Shown here piece after piece: positions 56,674-64,000 of a DNA stretch of 64,000 nucleotides. Positions within the stretch are counted from its first letter, which is position 1. Every line of letters begins with the position of its first letter. The notes under the pieces are model-generated. The model saw nothing but the letters and a program-made list of their open reading frames with translations, was not told where the DNA came from and did not search any database. The stretch covers positions 6,326-70,325 of the forward strand of contig JBMOGJ010000005.1 in NCBI GenBank assembly GCA_049318425.1, in the 5' to 3' direction. This stretch comes from Phycisphaerales bacterium. GTDB taxonomy: Bacteria; Planctomycetota; Phycisphaerae; Phycisphaerales; SM1A02. A program made the translations under genes and the position numbers.

Positions 56674-58188
56674 ATGCCGCGCGCGACCGTCATCATCCCG
56701 AACTACAACAACGGTCGCGCGAGTTCGCGCGACGGGCAGCGCGACTTCCTCGGGGAGCTGCTCGCCAGCCTCGAGCGCACGCTCGCCCACGACCCGACCG
56801 ATCTCGAGATCGTCATCGCCGACGACGGCTCGACCGACGACAGCCTCGCGACGGCGCGGGCCTGGGCGGCGCGCCGCTGGGCCGAGGGCACGCCGCGCGC
56901 CGGCCGCCCGATGGTGCGCCTGATCGAGCTCCCGCACAGCGGCGTGCTCTCGAAGGTCCTGAACGCGATCCACGCCGCGACCGAGGGCGAGTTCGTCTGC
57001 CGGCTCGACGGCGATGTCGTGATCGACACCCCCGACTGGGTCGCCGCCTGCGTCGCGCTGCTCGACTCCGACGCGCGGGTCGGCGTGGTCACGGGACTGC
57101 AGAAGCTCCCCGACGGCCGGGTCCACGCGCTCGGGGATGCGATCCTCAGCCCGCTCGGCTACCACCACCTCGGCCAGGGGCTCCCCGAGTCGGCGCTGCC
57201 CGAGGTCGTCGAGGTGGAGCACGCGATGGGCTGCTTCCACGCCTCGCGCCGCGCCGCGATCGCCGAGGTGGGGGGCTACGACGAGAGCGTCCTGCGCGGT
57301 CAGACCGAGGAGCTCGCCATGCGCCTCAACCTCGCGGGTTGGAAGGCCTTGGCGACCACCCGGGTCGTGTTCCGCCACTTCCACGCCGAACGGCACTGGC
57401 GACCGAACACCGCCGACACCGGCGAGGGCCTCCAGCGGAGCCTCGGTCGGTTCCGCGAGAAGTGGGGGTGCGATCGCCTCGCGCCCGACCTCGCCGAGGT
57501 CTGGAGACGCTGGAAGGACACGCCCTTGGTCGCGCGCGCCCGCCTCTCGGGGCCGCGCGCGTGGGATCCCGCCGCCACCGGCGACCTGCCCGCGGGCGCC
57601 GAATGGGAGCGATTCCCGAACAATCCGGCGCTCCAGGCCCTGATCGGGGCGGAACTCGCGGCGCTCCGGGTGGGCGAGGGGCCGATCGCGATCCTGGGCG
57701 CGCGGAGCGGGCTTTCCGCCTTTCTCCGGGCGCGGGACGGGGTCGAGGTGACCGCGGTGGAGGAGCACCGGCCATCGGTGGCGAAGCTCGAAGAAATGTC
57801 AAAATCTCACCGAGATACGGCGAAGTACCTCACATCGGTCGCGGTCGACGATCTATCATCCACGGCTCGAAACGGACAGGCTTTCAAAATTGTGGCGCTT
57901 CTTGACAGCGCGGAACGATATTGGAATCCTGTAGGACTCTTGAGGGAAGCGAGGCGCTTGCTCGCCGCTGAAGGTCTCCTCGTCGTGAGGAGCCGGGCAC
58001 GGGCAGCGCGGTACGAGAGCCGTGGGGAAGCGCTGCATCTGTTCGCAGCGCATGAACTTCTGCAGATCGTGCGGCACGTGGGCGGGTTCACCCCGCTCGG
58101 CCCGCCAACCCTCGACGGCACTGGGCGTTGGCAGTTGCTTGCACGATCCTCGGGTTCAACGGCGCATTCGTTGCACTTTGGCGCGTGA
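56674..58188 (+). CDS. Family 2 glycosyltransferase fused to a class I SAM-methyltransferase-like domain
   Basis: TVIIPNYNNG...IVIADDGSTDDS...RLDGD (GT2). The C-terminal part is IAILGARSGLSAFL...FKIVALLDSAERYWNPVGLLREARRLLAAEGLLVV (methyltransferase-like). Confidence 0.8.
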   Translation: MPRATVIIPNYNNGRASSRDGQRDFLGELLASLERTLAHDPTDLEIVIADDGSTDDSLATARAWAARRWAEGTPRAGRPMVRLIELPHSGVLSKVLNAIHAATEGEFVCRLDGDVVIDTPDWVAACVALLDSDARVGVVTGLQKLPDGRVHALGDAILSPLGYHHLGQGLPESALPEVVEVEHAMGCFHASRRAAIAEVGGYDESVLRGQTEELAMRLNLAGWKALATTRVVFRHFHAERHWRPNTADTGEGLQRSLGRFREKWGCDRLAPDLAEVWRRWKDTPLVARARLSGPRAWDPAATGDLPAGAEWERFPNNPALQALIGAELAALRVGEGPIAILGARSGLSAFLRARDGVEVTAVEEHRPSVAKLEEMSKSHRDTAKYLTSVAVDDLSSTARNGQAFKIVALLDSAERYWNPVGLLREARRLLAAEGLLVVRSRARAARYESRGEALHLFAAHELLQIVRHVGGFTPLGPPTLDGTGRWQLLARSSGSTAHSLHFGA

Positions 58189-58225
58189 TGGATCGCCACG
58201 CGCCAGCCCTTGGATTGCCGTTCCA

Positions 58226-58849
58226 ATGTCTGACACCATGAGTGAAAGCCAAAAACTCCAACTGACCCGCGCGCCCGTGTGGCAGGGCATCCGCCTTCCC
58301 CTCCGTCTCCGGATCTTCGAGGCGGCGCGCCGTCTCGGCGAGTCCTCGGTGACCGAGCTCGCGCAGGCGGTCGGCCTCAACCGGACCGCGCTGTACTTCC
58401 ACCTCCGCCACCTCGAGAAGGCCGGGCTGCTCACCTCCCGCGCCGGCGAGCCGACCCCCGGCCGCCGCGGCAAGCGTCCGCGCTACTACAGCGTGACCAC
58501 CCAGGAGCTCCAGTTCCCGGTCGACGCCGGTGCGAAGCGCGACGTGCAGCGCGTCGGCGAGCTGTTCCGTCCCTGGCTCACCGAGAGCCGGGTCGCGGTG
58601 CTCGACGCGAAGTCGCCCGGCGGCTTCCCCGCCAAGCGCGTGTCGCTGCACTGGGAGAACCTCAACGACGACGAGATCGCCCGCGTCCGGTCGCTCAGCA
58701 ACGAGCTCGAGGAGATCATGCGCCGCGCGCGCAACCGCTCCAACAGCGCGCGCAAGGCGCCGACCGCCAACATGCACGTGGCGCTCGTCATCACCCCGGT
58801 CGACGGCCATGTGATGCCGGGACCGGACATCAAGTTCAAGTACTCGTGA
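58226..58849 (+). CDS. ArsR-like winged-helix transcriptional regulator with a C-terminal domain of unknown function
   Basis: LRLRIFEAARRLGESSVTELAQAVGLNRTALYFHLRHLEKAGLLTSR. ATG at 58226 within ORF 58022..58849. Confidence 0.65.
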   Translation: MSDTMSESQKLQLTRAPVWQGIRLPLRLRIFEAARRLGESSVTELAQAVGLNRTALYFHLRHLEKAGLLTSRAGEPTPGRRGKRPRYYSVTTQELQFPVDAGAKRDVQRVGELFRPWLTESRVAVLDAKSPGGFPAKRVSLHWENLNDDEIARVRSLSNELEEIMRRARNRSNSARKAPTANMHVALVITPVDGHVMPGPDIKFKYS

Positions 58850-58859
58850 AGTCACGCCG

Positions 58860-58899
58860 CCCGCGGAGCGCGCGCCGACCGGCGTCGCGCTCCCGCGGG
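58860..58899. terminator. Imperfect GC-rich hairpin between convergent genes (wHTH gene and uvrA)
   Basis: cccgcggagcgcg ... cgcgctcccgcggg, with one bulge. Confidence 0.4.
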
Positions 58900-58942
58900 G
58901 GGCCGGCACGACGGGTCGCGGTGAAGCCGGTGCTCCCGGCGA

Positions 58943-61861
58943 TCACGGCGACTTCGCGGTCGGCGACTTCAGGATCGGCTTCAGCCACTTGCCCGTCCAG
59001 GATGTCCTGTGACGGGCGATTTCTTCCGGGGTGCCCGTCGCCACGACGGTGCCGCCCCGGTCGCCGCCCTCGGGGCCGAGGTCGACGATCCAGTCGGCGC
59101 ACTTGATCACGTCGAGGTTGTGCTCGATCACGACCAGCGTGTGCCCCTTGGTCGCGAGGCGGTCGAGCACCGTCTGCAGGCGCGCGACGTCGGCGAAGTG
59201 CAGGCCGGTGGTCGGTTCGTCGAGCACGTAGAGCGTGGTCGCGTCGGTGGCGTTGCCCAGCTCGGTCGCGAGCTTCACGCGCTGCGCCTCGCCGCCCGAG
59301 AGCGTGGTCGAGGCCTGGCCGAGCTGCACGTAGCCGAGGCCGACGTCCTTCAGGCACTCGAGCATGCGGTGGATCTTCGGGTGGGCGTCGAAGAACTGCA
59401 TCGCATCCTCGACGGTCGCCTCGAGGACATCGCTGATCGTCTTGCCGCGGTACTTGATCTCGAGCGTCTCGCGCGCGTAGCGCTTGCCCTTGCAGACCTC
59501 GCAGTCGACGAAGACATCGGGCAGGAAGTGCATCTCGATGCGCTTCACGCCCTGGCCCTGGCAGGCCTCGCAGCGGCCGCCCTTCACGTTGAACGAGAAG
59601 CGCCCGGGCTCGTAGCCGCGGATCTTCGACTCGGGCACGAGCGCCCAGATCTTGCGGATCTCGTCGAAGATGCCGGTGTAGGTCGCGGGGTTCGAGCGCG
59701 GCGTGCGCCCGATCGGCGACTGGTCGACCTCGACCACGCGCAGGATCGCGTCGAGCCCCGTCACCTTGGCGTGCGCGCCCGGCGTGACCTGCTCGCCGAG
59801 CACGTGCTTCTTCGCGGCCTGCAGCAGGATGTCGTTCACGAGCGTCGACTTGCCCGAGCCCGACACGCCGGTCACGCACACGATCCCGCCGAGCGGGAAC
59901 GCGACATCGACCGACTGCAGGTTGTTGGCCTTGGCGCCCTTGACCACGATCGCCTTCTTCTCGCTGAGGGCGCGGCGCTTCGCGGGCACCTCGATCTTCC
60001 TGCGCCCGGAGAGGTACTCGCCGGTGAGGCTGGTCGGATGCGAGGCGATCGTGTTCATGTCGCCCTCGGCGACGAGCGTTCCGCCGTGCCGCCCGGGGCC
60101 GGGGCCGATGTCGACGATCCAGTCGGCGGCGCGCATCATGTCCTCGTCGTGCTCGACGACGAGCACGGTGTTGCCGATGTCGCTGAGCCTGCGGAGCGTG
60201 GCGATCAGGCGGTCGTTGTCGCGCTGGTGGAGGCCGATCGTCGGCTCGTCGAGCACGTAGCACACGCCCACGAGCCCGCTGCCGACCTGGGTCGCGAGGC
60301 GGATGCGCTGCGCCTCGCCGCCCGAGAGCGTCGAGCTCGTGCGGTCGAGCGACAGGTAGTCGAGCCCGACCGACGCGAGGAAGCCGAGCCGCGCCTCGAT
60401 CTCCTTGAGGATCGGTGCCGCGATCTGGCGCTGCTCCTGGGTGAGCTCGAGCGACTTCGCCACCGCGAGCGCGCGCGCCACCGTCATCGACGCGAGGTCG
60501 GCGATCGAGAGCGACAGCGTGCCGCTCCTCACCTTGACCGCGAGCGACTCCGTGCGCAGGCGGCGTCCGGCGCACGCGGGGCAGGGCGCCTGGCTCATGT
60601 AGGCCATCAGGCGCTCCTTCACGTTCTCGCTCTCGGTGTCGGTGGCGCGGCGCTTGAGGTGCGGCAGCACGCCCTCCCACTCGAACGGCGCCTTCGCGCC
60701 GAGCGCCTCGCTGCCGCGCATCAGGAACTCGCGCGTCTTCGCGGGGAGATCCTCGTACGGCGTGTCGATGTCGAGCTTCATGAGCGTGCCGAAGCCACGC
60801 AGCTGGCGCGCGTAGTAGATGTTCATGCGCCGGCCGTTCTTGCGCCAGGGCACGATCGCCTCGCGCAGCGGCTTGGTCATGTCGGGCACGCACAGGTTCT
60901 CGTCGAACTCGTTCACGGTGCCGAGGCCCGCGCAGTCGGGGCACGCGCCCTGCGGCGAGTTGAAGCTGAAGATGCGCGGCTCGAGCTCGTCGAGCGCGCA
61001 CTGCGGATGGTCGGGGCACGCGAACTTCTCGCTGAAGCGGTGCTCGGACCAGCCGTCCTTCGAGGTGGCGTCCTCGATCAGCACGACGAGCGAGCCCTCG
61101 GCGAGCTTGAGCGCGGTCTCGACGCTTTCCGCGATCCGCTGCCGCGCCGAGTCCTCGAGCACGATGCGATCGACCACCGCGTCGATGTCGTTCATCTCGT
61201 AGCGGCCGAAGCCAAGCGGATTCTCGCCCGAGTTCTTGAGCACCTCGCGCAGGTCGACGACCTTGCCGTTCGCGCGCGCGCGCACGAGGCCCTGCTTCTG
61301 AAGCCCCTCGAGCACCTCGCGGTGGAAGCCCTTCTTGGCGCGCACGACCGGCGCGCACAGCATCGCGCGCTTGCCCGCGAACCGCGTGACCAGCGTCTCG
61401 ACGATCTGGCTCGGGTTCGAGGCGCTGATCTCGTTGCCGCACACATGGAGCGACTTCGCCTTGCCCTTGCCGCGCTCCTCGGTGTGCCAGCAGGTGGGCG
61501 TGCCGCAGCGCGCGTACAGCAGGCGCAGGTAGTCCCAGATCTCCGTCGTGGTCGCCACGATCGAGCGCGGGCTGTGGCCGCCCGAGCGCTGCTCGATCGC
61601 GATGGTGGGGGGCAGGCCGTCGATCGCCTCGACGTTCGGCTTCTGCATCTGGTCGAGGAACTGCCGCGCGTACGCGGAGAGCGACTCCATGTACTTGCGC
61701 TGCCCCTCGGCGAAGATCGTGTCGAAGGCGAGCGAGCTCTTGCCCGAGCCCGACACGCCGGTGATCACCACCAGGCGGTCGCGGGGCAGGTCGACCGAGA
61801 GGTTCTTGAGGTTGTGCTCGCGGGCGCCGCGAACGCGGATGGACTTCTCGGGCGTGGCCAT
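58943..61861 (-). CDS. uvrA: Excinuclease ABC subunit A
   Basis: [57 protein letters not shown], two ABC modules and zinc-finger cysteines. ORF 58943..62332 is trimmed to the ATG at 61861. Confidence 0.96.
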   Translation of the reverse strand: MATPEKSIRVRGAREHNLKNLSVDLPRDRLVVITGVSGSGKSSLAFDTIFAEGQRKYMESLSAYARQFLDQMQKPNVEAIDGLPPTIAIEQRSGGHSPRSIVATTTEIWDYLRLLYARCGTPTCWHTEERGKGKAKSLHVCGNEISASNPSQIVETLVTRFAGKRAMLCAPVVRAKKGFHREVLEGLQKQGLVRARANGKVVDLREVLKNSGENPLGFGRYEMNDIDAVVDRIVLEDSARQRIAESVETALKLAEGSLVVLIEDATSKDGWSEHRFSEKFACPDHPQCALDELEPRIFSFNSPQGACPDCAGLGTVNEFDENLCVPDMTKPLREAIVPWRKNGRRMNIYYARQLRGFGTLMKLDIDTPYEDLPAKTREFLMRGSEALGAKAPFEWEGVLPHLKRRATDTESENVKERLMAYMSQAPCPACAGRRLRTESLAVKVRSGTLSLSIADLASMTVARALAVAKSLELTQEQRQIAAPILKEIEARLGFLASVGLDYLSLDRTSSTLSGGEAQRIRLATQVGSGLVGVCYVLDEPTIGLHQRDNDRLIATLRRLSDIGNTVLVVEHDEDMMRAADWIVDIGPGPGRHGGTLVAEGDMNTIASHPTSLTGEYLSGRRKIEVPAKRRALSEKKAIVVKGAKANNLQSVDVAFPLGGIVCVTGVSGSGKSTLVNDILLQAAKKHVLGEQVTPGAHAKVTGLDAILRVVEVDQSPIGRTPRSNPATYTGIFDEIRKIWALVPESKIRGYEPGRFSFNVKGGRCEACQGQGVKRIEMHFLPDVFVDCEVCKGKRYARETLEIKYRGKTISDVLEATVEDAMQFFDAHPKIHRMLECLKDVGLGYVQLGQASTTLSGGEAQRVKLATELGNATDATTLYVLDEPTTGLHFADVARLQTVLDRLATKGHTLVVIEHNLDVIKCADWIVDLGPEGGDRGGTVVATGTPEEIARHRTSWTGKWLKPILKSPTAKSP

Positions 61862-62032
61862 GGGGGGGCGATGATAGGGCGGCGCGAGGTGCGATTCGGA
61901 AGCCGCAGGCGTGTTTCCGACCTCCCTGACGCGGCCGCGCAACGCGCGCGCGGGGATTCGCGGATCTTTTTGCGACCGACCACCGCCCTCGGACGAAAAC
62001 GGGGGTAGGAATCTCTCCCCCTGGACTGTCCC

Positions 62033-62293
62033 GTGCATCTGGCGACCACCACCACTCATCCCGCACCGACCACCGCGACGCCGACGACCTCGTCCCGGCG
62101 CGGCGAGGCCGTGGCGGCGGTGGCATCCGTCGCGGGAGCCGCGGGGGCGGTCAAGCCGAGCCCGACCGCCGAGGCCGCGAAGGCCGCGGCCAGCGATCCA
62201 TGCTGGGCGAACCTCAGCGCCGGCAAGCCCCTCCCCGGCCCCGACGAGTGGCGCGCGCTCGAGCGGCGCGCGTCTTCGTTCCGGTTGCGGTGA
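62033..62293 (+). CDS. Possible small Thr/Ala/Pro-rich protein (86 aa)
   Basis: GTG-start ORF with very high GC3 in this frame, consistent with coding. No homolog recognised. Confidence 0.35.
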   Translation: MHLATTTTHPAPTTATPTTSSRRGEAVAAVASVAGAAGAVKPSPTAEAAKAAASDPCWANLSAGKPLPGPDEWRALERRASSFRLR

Positions 62294-62320
62294 GACGCTG
62301 TCCGCTGCCGATAGGCAGGG

Positions 62321-62611
62321 ATGCGAGCACAAGAATCACACTTGGACACATTGCGGCGAAGCAGGGATCGGTGGCGCTTGAGCGCGGTCGCGCTCCTCGC
62401 GCTGCTCGTCGGGATGGGAATCGGCGGGATGAGCAGTGCTCCTGATCGTCCGCCGCTTCAGGCGATGGTGATCGACGAGGACAACAACTCTGGAGCCTTC
62501 GGGTCGACGTTGTACGCCGTGGACGCGAAGGGCGGGATTCAGTACCTCGATACCAGAACCGGCAAAGGAGTTTGGACCTCCTTCAAGTACTCGCCAGAGT
62601 CGCCGAGGTAG
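62321..62611 (+). CDS. Possible small membrane-anchored protein (96 aa) with atypical codon usage
   Basis: TM-like RLSAVALLALLVGMGIGGM followed by a small beta-rich segment. Many A/T-ending codons (aga, aaa, gga, gtt, tct, agt), unlike the neighbouring genes. Confidence 0.4.
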   Translation: MRAQESHLDTLRRSRDRWRLSAVALLALLVGMGIGGMSSAPDRPPLQAMVIDEDNNSGAFGSTLYAVDAKGGIQYLDTRTGKGVWTSFKYSPESPR

Positions 62612-62620
62612 GAACCCGCG

Positions 62621-64000
62621 CTACCGCTTCTTCCGCCCACGCCCCGCGCGCGTGCCCGGCATGCCCGCCTTGCTCGGCTGGCGCTCGCCACCGGCGCCCT
62701 TCGCGCCCGGCTTCGACGGCTTCGCGCTCGCCGGCAGCGACTTGAGCTTGCCGATCTCGTCGCGCAGCCGCGCGGCCTTCTCGAACTCGAGCCGCTCGGC
62801 GGCGGCCATCATCTCGGCCTGCATCTCGCCGATCAGGGTCTCGCGGTCGAACGAATCGTCGTCCTCCTCCTCGATGCCCGCGGCGCGCTTGGCGGTCTTG
62901 TGCGCGGCGAGCTCCATCTCGATGCCGCGGCGGATCGCCTTCTTCACCGTCTGCGGCACGATGCCGTGCTCGGCGTTGTAGGCGAGCTGCTTGGCGCGGC
63001 GGCGCTCGACCTCGCCGATGGCCTTCTGCATCTCGTCGGTCATCTCGTCGGCGTAGAGGATCGCCATCGAGTTCGCGTTGCGCGCGGCGCGGCCCATGGT
63101 CTGGATGAGGCTCGACTGGCTGCGCAGGAATCCCTGCTTGTCGGCGTCGAGGATGCACACGAGCGACACCTCGGGCAGGTCGAGTCCCTCGCGCAGGAGG
63201 TTCACGCCCACGAGCACGTCGAACGCGCCCTCGCGCAGGTCGCGCAGCAGCTCGAGGCGCTCGAGCGTCTCGATCTCGCTGTGGAGGTAGCGCACGCGCA
63301 GGCCCTCGCGGTGGAGGTACGCGGTGAGGTCCTCGCACAGCCGCTTGGTGAGCGCGGTGACGAGCGTGCGCTCGCCGCGCTCGCTGCGGATGCGGGCTTC
63401 CTTCAGCAGGTCGGGTACCTGCGTGCGCGCGGTGCGCACTTCGATCGGCGGATCGACCAGGCCGGTCGGGCGGATGACCTGCTCGGCGACGACGCCGCCC
63501 GCCTGCTCGAGCTCCCAGGGGCCGGGCGTCGCGCTCACGAAGATCGTCTGCGGCGCGATCTCGATGAACTCCTCGAATTTCAGCGGCCGGTTGTCGAGCG
63601 CGCTCGGCAGGCGGAACCCGTGGTCGACGAGCGTCTGCTTGCGCGCGCGGTCGCCGAAGAACATGCCGCGGATCTGCGGGATCGTCACGTGCGACTCGTC
63701 GATCACGACCAGCCAGTCGTCGTCGTTCTCGTTGCCGGGCGCCTGGCGGAAGTAGTCGAGCAGCGTCCACGCGCGCGCGCCCGGCGCGCGGCCGTCGAAG
63801 TGGCGAGAGTAGTTCTCGATGCCGTTGCAGAACGCGGTCTCCTCGAGCAGCTCGAGGTCGTTCCTGGTGCGCGCGAGCAGGCGCTGCGCCTCGAGGAGCT
63901 TGCCCTGGCCGCGCAGCTCGGCGACGCGCGCGTCCATCTCCTCGCGGATGGTGCGGATCGCCGTCGCGCGCTGCTCCTCGGGCATCACGTAGTGGACCGC
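62621..64000 (-). CDS. uvrB: Excinuclease ABC subunit B, C-terminal approximately two thirds (N-terminus lies beyond the window end)
   Basis: VIDESHVTIPQIRGMFFGDRARKQTLVDHGFRLPSALDNRPL, the helicase C-domain, and the UVR motif EFEKAARLRDEI. The reading frame stays open to 64000. Confidence 0.95.
   Translation of the reverse strand, partial: AVHYVMPEEQRATAIRTIREEMDARVAELRGQGKLLEAQRLLARTRNDLELLEETAFCNGIENYSRHFDGRAPGARAWTLLDYFRQAPGNENDDDWLVVIDESHVTIPQIRGMFFGDRARKQTLVDHGFRLPSALDNRPLKFEEFIEIAPQTIFVSATPGPWELEQAGGVVAEQVIRPTGLVDPPIEVRTARTQVPDLLKEARIRSERGERTLVTALTKRLCEDLTAYLHREGLRVRYLHSEIETLERLELLRDLREGAFDVLVGVNLLREGLDLPEVSLVCILDADKQGFLRSQSSLIQTMGRAARNANSMAILYADEMTDEMQKAIGEVERRRAKQLAYNAEHGIVPQTVKKAIRRGIEMELAAHKTAKRAAGIEEEDDDSFDRETLIGEMQAEMMAAAERLEFEKAARLRDEIGKLKSLPASAKPSKPGAKGAGGERQPSKAGMPGTRAGRGRKKR

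Overview
This is a very GC-rich chromosomal core segment (roughly 70% GC by eye, with strong third-position GC bias). It carries about 50 protein-coding genes. I recognise no rRNA, tRNA, CRISPR array, transposase, integrase or phage gene. Several features suggest a Planctomycetota (Phycisphaerae-like) genome, though this is inference only: DUF1573 and DUF1570-like lipoproteins, a GldA/GldF/GldG-like ABC system with a DUF4340 partner, a solitary flagellar gene, a stand-alone fusA, and many 4-nt GTGA/ATGA/TTGA start-stop overlaps. Recognisable genes are a dsbD-like gene, fliM, nusA-infB-rbfA, yebC, DUF485-actP, efp, tauE, a 3D-domain protein, comM/yifB, putA, a glycogen-synthase-like GT, prmC, ribD, a membrane PP2C phosphatase, fusA, mnmA, class I fbaB, a P1B ATPase, gpsA, hpf-ptsN-ptsH, DUF502, purN, a thioesterase, a GT2-methyltransferase, uvrA and uvrB (cut by the window end). 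I do not see a clear new multi-gene defence or mobile system. The most unusual items are: (1) the efp upstream region, with an orphan intrinsic terminator and an in-frame polyproline-coding leader; (2) an EndoIII-like, charged-helix, histone-H1-like-tail protein translationally coupled to rbfA, followed by a 1235-aa Ala-rich TPR lipoprotein; (3) a PAS-GAF-degenerate-DHp-REC protein divergent from a Gld-like ABC operon with a fused GldF-GldG; (4) many short tandem duplications, including a 19-bp x7 array, and alternating purine-pyrimidine tracts at gene boundaries. All domain calls are by eye from the translations. Start codons are best guesses. The many long R/A/G/P-rich ORFs antisense or out of frame to conserved genes are treated as high-GC shadow ORFs.
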